64,000 nucleotides of DNA from Gammaproteobacteria bacterium (GTDB lineage Bacteria; Pseudomonadota; Gammaproteobacteria; DASZBR01). Shown piece after piece: positions 29,711 to 38,926 of this stretch (its first letter is position 1; the number at the start of each line of letters is the position of its first letter). The position numbers were made by a program, and so were the translations under genes. The stretch spans positions 4,022-68,021 of the forward strand of contig JANRJR010000076.1 in assembly GCA_033763845.1 (NCBI GenBank), read 5' to 3'. The notes under the pieces were generated by a model. It did no database searches, was not told where the DNA came from, and saw only the letters and a list, made by a program, of their open reading frames with translations.

Positions 29711-30232
29711 TCAATGAAAGATGTTTACGGGTGCTGGTAATCGGAAAAAAACTTCAATCCGCGGAACTTCAGAGAATGTACGTTTCACATCCGCGGAAAT
29801 TAATCGCGTATTTAATCCGTGATCCTGTAAATAATGCGCAATTTCTTGAGCTTGTGCGCGAGACAACGCTAAATTTCTCACTGCACTTCCTTTTTTATCG
29901 GGGTAACCCGTGACCTCAACATTTTCTGTTTTGTAGGCATTAATAAAATCGACAACATCATCGAGCACGCCAGTGCCTCCTGACATGTTGTTAGAATTGG
30001 AATTAAAAAAATCGTTGGTCTGAAATACCAAAGTTGTTTCTTCGCCCACTTGAACAACTTGAACATTTTCGCCGCGAAGTCGCTGAGCTAATTCTTGCTG
30101 ACGATGCTTTTGTTGACAACTAGCAGATATGCTTGCTTTTGCACCCATTGCAGAAGAACAGCAATCAGAAGATGCGCAAGCACTCAAAAATATTCCCGCA
30201 CTTAATAAAAGGCACGGCCAATATCGTCGCAT
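29711..30232 (-). CDS. icmN: Dot/Icm lipoprotein IcmN/DotK (OmpA-like peptidoglycan-binding C-domain)
   Basis: Lipobox LSACASS. C-terminal OmpA_C-like VEVTGYPDKKGSAVRNLALSRAQAQEIAHYL. It is the first gene of the icm string. Confidence 0.7.
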   Translation of the reverse strand: MRRYWPCLLLSAGIFLSACASSDCCSSAMGAKASISASCQQKHRQQELAQRLRGENVQVVQVGEETTLVFQTNDFFNSNSNNMSGGTGVLDDVVDFINAYKTENVEVTGYPDKKGSAVRNLALSRAQAQEIAHYLQDHGLNTRLISADVKRTFSEVPRIEVFFRLPAPVNIFH

Positions 30233-30278
30233 ATCCTTCCTTTCCGTTTCGGCAAATTCAAAAAAAGAGAGTGTACTT

Positions 30279-30971
30279 CTATTTTGAAGAAATGTTAACT
30301 AATCTTTTCATTTTTTGCACTGCATTTTTTAATCCACAAAAAATTGCTTCGGCAACAATAGCATGTCCAATATTTAATTCATACAATCCGGGAATTTCAG
30401 CAATGGTCTGAACATTATCATAATTTAATCCATGACCTGCATTAACAACTAAACCCTTTTGTTGCGCATACACAGAAGCCAATTTTATTTTGGCGAGATT
30501 ATATTCACCCGTATGAATTTCAATCACGGGCGCCCCCACTCTCACCGCTGCATCAATTTGTTTTATATCTGCATCAATAAATAACGAGACTTTTATTCCG
30601 ACGTCTTGTAATTGTGCACAAGTTTTTTTGATATAGGATTCATCTCGCAAAACATCCAATCCTCCCTCCGTCGTTAATTCTTGTCTTTTTTCAGGGACGA
30701 TACAGCAATAGTCAGGTTTGATTCGTCGTGCAATTTTGACCATTTCATCCGTGGCTGCCATTTCCAAATTTAAACGCGTTCGAATATTGGCTTTGAGCAT
30801 CTCAACATCGTCTAATTGAATATGCCGTCTGTCTTCGCGCAAATGAACGGTAATACCATCAGCTCCGCCATCTTCTGCTTCGTGTGCAGCTTTTAGAATA
30901 TCGGGATACGGCGTTCCGCGTAATTGGCGTACCGTTGCCACATGATCAATATTGACACCCAACAATGTCAT
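30279..30971 (-). CDS. pdxJ: pyridoxine 5'-phosphate synthase
   Basis: [16 protein letters not shown]...[13 protein letters not shown] signature. recO-pdxJ synteny. Confidence 0.9.
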   Translation of the reverse strand: MTLLGVNIDHVATVRQLRGTPYPDILKAAHEAEDGGADGITVHLREDRRHIQLDDVEMLKANIRTRLNLEMAATDEMVKIARRIKPDYCCIVPEKRQELTTEGGLDVLRDESYIKKTCAQLQDVGIKVSLFIDADIKQIDAAVRVGAPVIEIHTGEYNLAKIKLASVYAQQKGLVVNAGHGLNYDNVQTIAEIPGLYELNIGHAIVAEAIFCGLKNAVQKMKRLVNISSK

Positions 30972-31642
30972 ACAAATAGCTCCCGTGTTTTTAGTGGTTT
31001 ATCATTGAGCAAAAAAAATAACGCCTGACGCATTAATTTTTTTATTTCTTTAAGATGGTGGTCGCCTAAATTTTCTGCATTCAGTGCCAACAAACTTTCG
31101 CCTGAAAATGTTTCATGCGAGCTCAAGTCTGTTTGAATAAATCCACTGGCACCTTCAAATCGGTAATGACTATTTTCTTGAATCTCTTCAAAAGAAAACG
31201 CATAGCCCAATGTAACCAAAAGGTTTTTTTCAAATATTCTCAAGGCTCGTTCACAATGCGAAGCCTGCACCAATTCGATTAATAACCGTTCATACGCTTC
31301 AAATAATTCGGGATGCGGATCTTCACGTTGCAACAAACGCATTAATAATTCGTTGATATATAACCCACACAACAGTTGCTCGCCAGAAAATAATCGCTGC
31401 GCACATAACGCCTCAAGGTGACATAATGTATAAAGATCAGTGCGCCCGACCCACGAAATCAATAAGGGAATAAACGGCTGAAGCAAACCTACGCGACGTG
31501 ACTTTGCTTGTCGAACACCTTTTGCAATTAAACTGACTCGGCCGAAATTTTTCGAAAAACAATCGACCAACAAACTCGATTCACGATACGGTCGAGTATG
31601 CAACACATACACCGCTTGCGATTCTTCGCGGCTCCATTTCAC
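30968..31642 (-). CDS. recO: DNA repair protein RecO
   Basis: N-terminal OB-fold sequence ([32 protein letters not shown]). era-recO synteny. Confidence 0.8.
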   Translation of the reverse strand: MKWSREESQAVYVLHTRPYRESSLLVDCFSKNFGRVSLIAKGVRQAKSRRVGLLQPFIPLLISWVGRTDLYTLCHLEALCAQRLFSGEQLLCGLYINELLMRLLQREDPHPELFEAYERLLIELVQASHCERALRIFEKNLLVTLGYAFSFEEIQENSHYRFEGASGFIQTDLSSHETFSGESLLALNAENLGDHHLKEIKKLMRQALFFLLNDKPLKTRELFV

Positions 31643-32550
31643 GTTAACGCCTCACGCAATAGATCTTCGTCTTCTGTCCAATGATCTTTGACTTTCACCC
31701 ACGTTTGCAAAAAGATTTTTTGGCCAAAATATTTTTCCATCGCAAGTCGAGATTTTTGTCCAATTTTTTTCAGCATTTCGCCATTTCTACCAATCACAAT
31801 TCCCTTTTGACTGTCTTTTTCTACCCAAATAATGGCTTCAATACGGAGCAATTTTCCGTCTCGCTTAAATTGTTTAATCGATACCATTGTAGCGTAAGGT
31901 AATTCGTCTCCCAAAAATCGTACTACTTTTTCACGAATAAATTCAGCAGCAACAAAAACTTCTGGGCGATCAGTCACCTGATCTTCGCCAAAATAAAACG
32001 GTCCTTGTGTCAATCGCTCTTCAATTAATTGCTGTAATCTATTCAAATTAAATTGTTTCTTAGCTGAAACGGGAATAATAACCAAATTAGGCAATTTTTT
32101 ACTCATAGCTTCCACAAGCGGAATAACATCATCAGCTCGTTCTAATTTATCAATTTTATTGATGACTAATAATATTTCAGCTTTGCAATGGGTTAATTTT
32201 TGAGCAACCCACTCATCATTTTCGTTCCACTGCGTTGCATCCAATAACCACAACACACAATCCACTTCAGATAAAACTGACAAAGCGGATTTATTGAGAT
32301 ATTTATTCATGGGCTTATTTTCATTGATATGCAGTCCAGGTGTATCCACAAAAATCAGCTGAGACTGCCCTGTTGTTTTAACGCCTAAAATACGATGACG
32401 AGTTGTTTGCGGTTTACGTGAAGTAATGCTGAGTTTTTTCCCCAGAAAACTATTGAGAAGTGTAGATTTTCCTACATTTGGACGACCGATGATGGCAACA
32501 TAACCTGATCGTGTGCTTATGTTTTCTTTTTTGGTTTTTCGAGTAGCCAT
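31639..32550 (-). CDS. era: GTPase Era
   Basis: GYVAIIGRPNVGKSTLLN G1 motif, DTPG, NKID, and a KH domain. The ORF-track start (32640) is probably too far upstream; ATG 32550 gives a canonical N-terminus. Confidence 0.9.
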   Translation of the reverse strand: MATRKTKKENISTRSGYVAIIGRPNVGKSTLLNSFLGKKLSITSRKPQTTRHRILGVKTTGQSQLIFVDTPGLHINENKPMNKYLNKSALSVLSEVDCVLWLLDATQWNENDEWVAQKLTHCKAEILLVINKIDKLERADDVIPLVEAMSKKLPNLVIIPVSAKKQFNLNRLQQLIEERLTQGPFYFGEDQVTDRPEVFVAAEFIREKVVRFLGDELPYATMVSIKQFKRDGKLLRIEAIIWVEKDSQKGIVIGRNGEMLKKIGQKSRLAMEKYFGQKIFLQTWVKVKDHWTEDEDLLREALT

Positions 32551-33197
32551 TTGAAATACTCCTGCGCTGCCATTTGTTCTGCACCACGTCGGGTTGAACC
32601 GACACCCTCTGTTATATGTTTCAAGCCTGCGACCTGGCAACTGACATGAAAATGTTGTGCATGCGCATCACCCGACATAGAAATTAATTGATAATCCGGA
32701 AGCGGCATTTTTTTTGCCTGTAAATGTTCTTGCAATAATGATTTAGGATCTTTGAGATTCACTAACGCTTCAGGATTTTTTAATCTTGTCTCAAACCATT
32801 TTAAAATAACCTGCTGACAAATCGTAATATCAGAATCCAAATAAATAGCGCCGATTAACGCTTCTAATGCATCTGCCAAAATAGATTTTCGTCTTGCGCC
32901 ACCACTTTTCAACTCACCGGATCCCAGATGAATATGGTCGCCTAACTCAAATTCTGTTCCCATTTCGGCCAATACGGTCTCATTGACTAAATTGGCCCGT
33001 AAACGGCTTAATTCACCTTCATCTGCATGGGAATATTGATGAAATAACTGAGTCGCCATGATAAAACTTAATACAGCATCACCTAAAAATTCTATGCGTT
33101 CATTATTTTTTGCGCTGGCACTGCGATGCGTCAATGCTATTTCTAACAAAGCAGGCGACTGAAACTGGTAACCAATTTTCTGCATCAATTTTTTCAT
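32517..33197 (-). CDS. rnc: ribonuclease III
   Basis: ALTHRSAS ... ERLEFLGDA RNase III signature and a C-terminal dsRBD. Start is trimmed to ATG 33197 (MKKLMQKIGYQF). Confidence 0.9.
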   Translation of the reverse strand: MKKLMQKIGYQFQSPALLEIALTHRSASAKNNERIEFLGDAVLSFIMATQLFHQYSHADEGELSRLRANLVNETVLAEMGTEFELGDHIHLGSGELKSGGARRKSILADALEALIGAIYLDSDITICQQVILKWFETRLKNPEALVNLKDPKSLLQEHLQAKKMPLPDYQLISMSGDAHAQHFHVSCQVAGLKHITEGVGSTRRGAEQMAAQEYFKWLLEKPKKKT

Positions 33198-33967
33198 AAC
33201 GTAGGGTGATAAATTAATTTTCCGATACGACGCCAACGCACCGTATGATTTTCACTGTCCCAACTAAACCAAATCACAAACGCTTTACCTAACAAATTTT
33301 CTTCAGGCACAAATCCCCAACCGCGACTGTCATAGCTGTTGTCTCGATTATCACCCATCGCAAAATAACTGTTCGGCGGAACCGTAACAGAAAAATTTTG
33401 AGCAGGAACTTTAGGATTAACAAAAATATAATGCGTCACGCCATTGATGGTTTCTTGATAACGCTCAACTTGAATCGGGTCACCTTCATAATTATCAACA
33501 GCAGGCCCCATATCTTTTTGCGGTTGGACGACACCATTGATCGATAGCACTTTATCGACATAACTGACTTTATCGCCAGGCACACCTACAATGCGCTTAA
33601 TTAAATCAGTATGAGGATGCAACGGCCAGCGAAAGACAGCAATATCGCCTTCTTGAGGTTCTTCATCAGAAAAAATTTTAGTGTGAACCACGGGCAATCG
33701 CATTCCATAGGCAAATTTATTCACCGCAATAAAATCACCGGGCAATAACGTTGGAATTAGCGATCCCGTTGGAATACGAAACGGCTCGACAATAAACGAT
33801 CGCAAGACCAATACCACAAGTAACACAGGAAAAAAAGAATGGCTGTAGTCCACTACTCTCGACATCTCACCTGTGCGATGTCGCGCAAAAAACAAAACAT
33901 CAATCAATGCCACAGTGCCCGTAAATAATGTCGCTACCGTCAAAAATAATTCGAAATCAAAATCCAT
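33194..33967 (-). CDS. lepB: signal peptidase I
   Basis: TM followed by the SLIPTLLPGDFIAVNKFAYG catalytic Ser box. lepA-lepB synteny. Confidence 0.9.
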   Translation of the reverse strand: MDFDFELFLTVATLFTGTVALIDVLFFARHRTGEMSRVVDYSHSFFPVLLVVLVLRSFIVEPFRIPTGSLIPTLLPGDFIAVNKFAYGMRLPVVHTKIFSDEEPQEGDIAVFRWPLHPHTDLIKRIVGVPGDKVSYVDKVLSINGVVQPQKDMGPAVDNYEGDPIQVERYQETINGVTHYIFVNPKVPAQNFSVTVPPNSYFAMGDNRDNSYDSRGWGFVPEENLLGKAFVIWFSWDSENHTVRWRRIGKLIYHPTL

Positions 33968-35769
33968 TACTTTTTCTCTACCTTTAGCACGGCTAAAAAA
34001 GCCTCTTGTGGAATTTCAACATTACCGACTTGCTTCATGCGTTTTTTACCTTCCTTTTGTTTTTCTAATAATTTTTTCTTTCGAGTAACGTCCCCTCCGT
34101 AACATTTCGCCAATACATTTTTACGAAGTGCTTTTACGGTTTCGCGCGCAATAATATGTGCGCCGATTGCAGCTTGAATGGCAACATCAAACATTTGCCT
34201 TGGAATTAACTCACGCAATTTTTCAACTAACTGACGACCACGGAATTGCGCTTGTTCACGGTGTGTAATTAACGCTAGAGCGTCTACTTTATCACCATTA
34301 ATCATGACATCCAACTTTACCAAGTCTGCGTTTTGGAATCGCACAAATTGATAATCCAATGACGCATAGCCTCGGCTAGTCGATTTCAATTTATCAAAGA
34401 AATCTAATACAACTTCATTCATGGGCAAATCATACGACAACGCCACTTGTCGTCCAACGTACAACATCTTAGTTTGCACGCCGCGTCTTTCCACACACAA
34501 AGTAATCACACTACCGACAAAATTTTGCGGGACTAAAATATGCGCTTCGACAATGGGTTCACGCATTTCTTCAATTTCGGCGGGATCCGGTAAATCAGAC
34601 GGATTATCTACGCGTAATGTTTCGCCTTTTGTTGAAACAATTTCATACACTACGGTTGGCGCTGTCGTAATTAAATTTAATTGATATTCGCGCTCTAAAC
34701 GTTCTTGCACAATTTCCATGTGTAGCAATCCTAAAAATCCACAACGGAAACCAAATCCTAATGCATCAGATACTTCTGGTTCATAAAATAATGACGCGTC
34801 ATTTAAACGTAATTTCGCGAGTGCATCGCGAAACATTTCGTAATCTTCTGCATTGACGGGAAACAATCCCGCATACACTTGCGGATGAATTTTTTTAAAC
34901 CCTGGCAGTGGTTTTTCAGCGGGGCGCGAAGCCTGTGTTAGCGTATCACCTACCGGTGCGCCATTAATTTCTTTAATCCCTGCAATAACATAACCTACTT
35001 CACCCGCGGCTAATTTATCTTGATCTTGTTTTTTGGGAGTAAATATTCCAACCCTGTCTGCAATATAATCTTTACCTGTAGACATCACGCGAATTTTTTC
35101 ACCGGCTTTTAACGTCCCTTGCTTTACACGCACCAAAGATACAACACCTAAATAACTGTCGAACCATGAATCAATAATTAACGCTTCGAGTGGTGCATCT
35201 CTATCACCGGTCGGCGCAGGAATTTTAGCAATAATATTTTCCAATAATTCTTCGATTCCAATTCCTTGCTTGGCACTAACGTTTATCGCTTCTTTTGCAT
35301 CAATTCCAATAATATCTTCAATATCTTGAATCACTCTTTCAGGTTCTGCTTGTGGCAAATCAATCTTATTTAAAACAGGAACGACTTCGAGATTTTGTTC
35401 AAGTGCGGTGTAACATACCGCAACGGTTTGCGCTTCGACGCTTTGTGCCGCATCGACAACTAATAACGCACCTTCGCATGCATATAAAGATCTTGAAACT
35501 TCATACGAAAAATCTACATGGCCCGGCGTATCAATAAAATTTAATTGGTAATCTTCGCCATTTTTGGCTTTATATTTCAGGGTCACGCTTTGCGCTTTGA
35601 TGGTAATTCCGCGTTCTCTTTCGAGGTCCATTGAATCCAATACTTGTGCTTGCATTTCGCGCTCGGACAATCCACCACAGAATTGAATCAAGCGGTCAGA
35701 GAGTGTCGACTTACCGTGGTCAATATGAGCAATAATCGAAAAGTTTCGGATGTGTGATAGCGCTGTCAT
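33967..35769 (-). CDS. lepA: elongation factor 4 (LepA)
   Basis: [16 protein letters not shown]-domain. 600 aa, colinear with LepA. Confidence 0.95.
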   Translation of the reverse strand: MTALSHIRNFSIIAHIDHGKSTLSDRLIQFCGGLSEREMQAQVLDSMDLERERGITIKAQSVTLKYKAKNGEDYQLNFIDTPGHVDFSYEVSRSLYACEGALLVVDAAQSVEAQTVAVCYTALEQNLEVVPVLNKIDLPQAEPERVIQDIEDIIGIDAKEAINVSAKQGIGIEELLENIIAKIPAPTGDRDAPLEALIIDSWFDSYLGVVSLVRVKQGTLKAGEKIRVMSTGKDYIADRVGIFTPKKQDQDKLAAGEVGYVIAGIKEINGAPVGDTLTQASRPAEKPLPGFKKIHPQVYAGLFPVNAEDYEMFRDALAKLRLNDASLFYEPEVSDALGFGFRCGFLGLLHMEIVQERLEREYQLNLITTAPTVVYEIVSTKGETLRVDNPSDLPDPAEIEEMREPIVEAHILVPQNFVGSVITLCVERRGVQTKMLYVGRQVALSYDLPMNEVVLDFFDKLKSTSRGYASLDYQFVRFQNADLVKLDVMINGDKVDALALITHREQAQFRGRQLVEKLRELIPRQMFDVAIQAAIGAHIIARETVKALRKNVLAKCYGGDVTRKKKLLEKQKEGKKRMKQVGNVEIPQEAFLAVLKVEKK

Positions 35770-35860
35770 TGAGCTAAGTCTTATACCTTATATATATAGA
35801 ATAAACCAAGGGTGCCTATGATCGGCCAGGGAGCGGGAAAAGTCTAGTCGGATTATGACC

Positions 35861-35941
35861 GGACCAGGCATGGCCTGGCCCCTACAAACCCACCATCAAG
35901 ATATCTACTGGGACAGTAGGGATTTATTAGGCCATGCCTAA
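35861..35941. repeat. GC-rich cluster of three perfect hairpins (CCAGGC-ATG-GCCTGG; CTACTG-GGA-CAGTAG; ATTAGGC-CAT-GCCTAAT)
   Basis: Seen directly in the lepA upstream intergenic region. Hairpins 1 and 3 carry the same AGGCATGGCCT core on opposite strands. The GC content is locally far above the window background. Confidence 0.5.
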
Positions 35942-36247
35942 TCTTATTACCTGATACGCAGGCTCTTCGTACGGATGAGCTTTCTTTAATGCATCAATTA
36001 CAGCACCAATATGATCGTGATCACAAACCATTTCAACTTTATACTCAGGGATTTTTCCCACTTTACCCATTTCACCAATAAAATACTCACTGCCTTCTAA
36101 AGGTTTAAACTGTCCTTGCCCCAAAACCTGCCAAGAACAATGGCCATAATTGCCTATTTTCCCGGCACCCGCTTCAAACATGGCATTTTTAACTATTTCA
36201 AGATGACTTTCGGGAACGTAAAAATAAATCTGCAACATAAAATTCAT
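35927..36247 (-). CDS. small conserved protein, PII/CutA-like fold (uncharacterised)
   Basis: 106-aa ORF with HPYEEP-like C-terminal motif. Weak family assignment. Confidence 0.4.
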   Translation of the reverse strand: MNFMLQIYFYVPESHLEIVKNAMFEAGAGKIGNYGHCSWQVLGQGQFKPLEGSEYFIGEMGKVGKIPEYKVEMVCDHDHIGAVIDALKKAHPYEEPAYQVIRLGMA

Positions 36248-36265
36248 CGCCCTTAATTAAGCAAT

Positions 36266-36496
36266 TTACCAAAGGTTACAATACCCACAATACCTAGAGT
36301 TAGCAAAAAGTAATCCTGCCGCTGGTATTGCTTTTTCCCTATGCTCACACTTCGAACAGCCGTAAATTTCATATTGAACAAATTCTGTAGGCGTTCCACA
36401 TTCTTCACAAGGCAAACCCGTTTCACACTCCATACAATCGAATCCGCGAAAATGACAAGAAGGGCATTCTTTTCCAGTCTGATATTGATACCTCAT
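36266..36496 (-). CDS. Cys-rich zinc-ribbon protein (4x CxxC)
   Basis: CPSCH...CMEC...CEEC...CSKC pattern, between icd and the PII-like gene on the same strand. Confidence 0.4.
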   Translation of the reverse strand: MRYQYQTGKECPSCHFRGFDCMECETGLPCEECGTPTEFVQYEIYGCSKCEHREKAIPAAGLLFANSRYCGYCNLW

Positions 36497-36498
36497 GA

Positions 36499-37947
36499 TT
36501 ATTCTCCTTGCCCCAAAGAATACCCCGGCTTCTCGTCAAAATTATATAAATGTTCTGTTTTTATAAAATCTAATTTTTCATCTACCATTTTTTCTAATAA
36601 TTTAATAATAGAATTATGATCACCCCTTTTGGGATCACTTAATTTGAAGCGACAACGCCAGTGATCTGTACAAAATGTTTCAGGTATTCCTTCTGGCCAA
36701 ACTTTAACGCCTCTATTAGTAATTAATTTCAATTCAAATTCATTACCTGCAGCTGCTTGAAGTTGTTTCGCCAGATGCTGAACTGGCTTATCCGCAATAT
36801 GATTTAAAAAAATATCTACACCAACTAGTTCGCGCTTAGCAGGATTTTTTCTTGTATAACTTGAAACAATCGATTTAATTTCTGATTTATAGACAACAGG
36901 ATTTAAGTGCTGTGGCAATTTCCCTAATCGCTGCACAACAGCTTCAGCAAATTCTTTTGTGCCCACTTTTTGATGACTAATCCCTTCTTTGTAAATATCT
37001 TGAGTATGAATACCCTCTTCGATTGTTGATAGCCATGCATTGTGAATTTTCTCAGCCACTTTAGGTTGACCGATATGCACGAGCATCATCACTGCAGCTA
37101 ATAATAATCCTGATGGATTTGCCGTATTTTTGCCGGCATGCTTAGGTGCAGAACCGTGAATGGCTTCAAACATTGCACAGTGTTCACCAATATTGGCTGA
37201 ACCCGCTAACCCAACTGAACCTGTAATTTGAGCCGCAACGTCTGATAAAATATCACCGTATAAATTCGGCATAACAATAACATCAAAATTTTCGGGTGAA
37301 TCTGCTAATTTTGCCGCACCAATGTCAACTATCCAATGTTCAGCAGTAATGTCGGGATACTCCAAGGCAATGCGATCAAAAGTTTTGTGAAATAAACCAT
37401 CCGTTAACTTCATAATATTATCTTTGGTAAAACACGTGACTTTTTTACGATTATTTTGTTTTGCGTATTCAAAGGCATATCGAATAATACGCTCACAACC
37501 CGGAACCGTGATTAATTTTAAACATTGATAAACTTCTTCTGTTTGACGATGCTCTATGCCAGCATATAAGTCTTCCTCGTTTTCCCGAATAATTACAACA
37601 TCCATGACCGGATGCTTTGTTTTCACAAACGGTGCATATGATACACACGGCCTTACGTTAGAAAATAACCCTAACGTTTTTCGCACAGTTACATTTAGGC
37701 TTTTAAAACCACCACCTTGAGGGGTAGTAATTGGGGCTTTTAAAAAAACTTTATTTTTTCTGATAATATCCCATGTGTTTGGCTCTATGCCGGAGCTATA
37801 ACCCATGTCATAGACTTGCTCACCAATCTGTACCGCCTCAATAGCGATCTCTGCACCCGCTTGATACAAAACGCGTAATGTCGCATCCATAATCTCAGGA
37901 CCTATACCATCTCCAAATGCTACCGTAATAGGGGTTTTCTGGGCCAT
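36499..37947 (-). CDS. icd: isocitrate dehydrogenase (isocitrate/isopropylmalate dehydrogenase family) with C-terminal extension
   Basis: ITVAFGDGIGPEI N-terminus, substrate-binding SLNVTVRKTLGLFSNVRP, and metal site NLYGDILSD. Confidence 0.75.
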   Translation of the reverse strand: MAQKTPITVAFGDGIGPEIMDATLRVLYQAGAEIAIEAVQIGEQVYDMGYSSGIEPNTWDIIRKNKVFLKAPITTPQGGGFKSLNVTVRKTLGLFSNVRPCVSYAPFVKTKHPVMDVVIIRENEEDLYAGIEHRQTEEVYQCLKLITVPGCERIIRYAFEYAKQNNRKKVTCFTKDNIMKLTDGLFHKTFDRIALEYPDITAEHWIVDIGAAKLADSPENFDVIVMPNLYGDILSDVAAQITGSVGLAGSANIGEHCAMFEAIHGSAPKHAGKNTANPSGLLLAAVMMLVHIGQPKVAEKIHNAWLSTIEEGIHTQDIYKEGISHQKVGTKEFAEAVVQRLGKLPQHLNPVVYKSEIKSIVSSYTRKNPAKRELVGVDIFLNHIADKPVQHLAKQLQAAAGNEFELKLITNRGVKVWPEGIPETFCTDHWRCRFKLSDPKRGDHNSIIKLLEKMVDEKLDFIKTEHLYNFDEKPGYSLGQGE

Positions 37948-38008
37948 TCTTGCTCTCCTTGAGATAAATAATATAGACAGAATACGCAGAAAATTTTAAA
38001 ATTAAAAA

Positions 38009-38025
38009 TTAATGTTTTTTATTAA
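38009..38025. promoter_or_regulatory. candidate LysR-type T-N11-A dyad (TTAATGTTTTTTATTAA) in the icd/lysR divergent intergenic region
   Basis: Palindromic TTAAT-N7-ATTAA, 23-39 nt upstream of the LysR gene ATG. Confidence 0.3.
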
Positions 38026-38047
38026 AACCATAAACTGGAGTTAATAC

Positions 38048-38926
38048 ATGACACTGCACCGACTCAAAGTATTTTCTGCTGTCACCGAATATAAAAGCAT
38101 TACGGCTGCAGCTAAAAAATTACACATGACTCAGCCTGCTGTTTCTATACAACTTAAACAATTAGAGGAGCACTACGGAATCTCGCTTATTAATATAATC
38201 GGGAAAAAAATTTATTTGACTGAAGCAGGAAAAAAAGTTTACGACAGCTACAAAAAAGTTTCGCATGAACTCGATAATCTCAAAAGTGATATTGCCGATT
38301 TAAAAGGATCCCTTCAGGGAAAACTTCAAGTCGCCGTAGTCTCTACAGCAAAATATTTTATCCCCGCGCTGTTAGGTGCTTTCCATAAAAACCATCCCAA
38401 GATAGATGTTCAACTGGTAGTAGCCAACCGACAAGAAATTATACATCGATTAGAACAAAACCAAGATGACATGGTTATTTTAAGCCAACTTCCGAAAAAA
38501 ATTGCCATTATCGGACAACCGTTTCTTGAAGACAGCTTAGTGATTGCTGCCTCACCTGATCATCCTCTCGCATTAAAAAAAATCGTTGATCTTAAACTTT
38601 TAGAAAAAGAACACTTTATTGTTCGAGAGGCTGGATCGGGAACACGCATGGCGATGGAAAAATTTTTTCATAAACATCACATTAATCCACATATCACAAT
38701 GGAATTAGGCAGCAGCAGTTCGATTAAACAAGCCGTTATGGCAGGATTTGGGATTTCAATGCTCTCAAAAATGAGCCTTAAGCAAGAATTAGCGTTAAAA
38801 AAACTGAGCATACTTAATATCAAACATTTTCCTGTAAAACACCCCTGGTATATTGTATACCTCAAAGATAAAAAACTTTCTCCAGTTGCAAAAAACTTTA
38901 TCGAATTTTTATTCAAGAGTGCTTAA
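38048..38926 (+). CDS. LysR-family transcriptional regulator
   Basis: N-terminal HTH (LKVFSAVTEYKSITAAAKKLHMTQPAVSIQLKQLEE) plus a LysR substrate-binding domain. Confidence 0.85.
   Translation: MTLHRLKVFSAVTEYKSITAAAKKLHMTQPAVSIQLKQLEEHYGISLINIIGKKIYLTEAGKKVYDSYKKVSHELDNLKSDIADLKGSLQGKLQVAVVSTAKYFIPALLGAFHKNHPKIDVQLVVANRQEIIHRLEQNQDDMVILSQLPKKIAIIGQPFLEDSLVIAASPDHPLALKKIVDLKLLEKEHFIVREAGSGTRMAMEKFFHKHHINPHITMELGSSSSIKQAVMAGFGISMLSKMSLKQELALKKLSILNIKHFPVKHPWYIVYLKDKKLSPVAKNFIEFLFKSA

Noticed and set aside
30233-30420. Looked for a PmrA-type tandem cTTAATatT box upstream of icmN
   Set aside because: Only one imperfect TTAAATATT lies inside the pdxJ coding sequence, with no tandem partner. This is not enough to call.
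32551-32640. N-terminal 30-aa extension of era (MPGRRLETYNRGCRF...)
   Set aside because: It is not conserved in Era. The internal ATG 32550 yields a canonical N-terminus and the usual short rnc-era overlap.
35806-35905. Considered that the GC-rich hairpin segment is the SRP (4.5S) RNA, because it ends ..GGCCCCTACAAACCCACC like 4.5S and contains UGGUCCGG
   Set aside because: It lacks the invariant domain-IV features (GGAA tetraloop flanked by AGG / AGCA symmetric loop) and a convincing 5'/3' closing helix. Left as an unassigned structured element.
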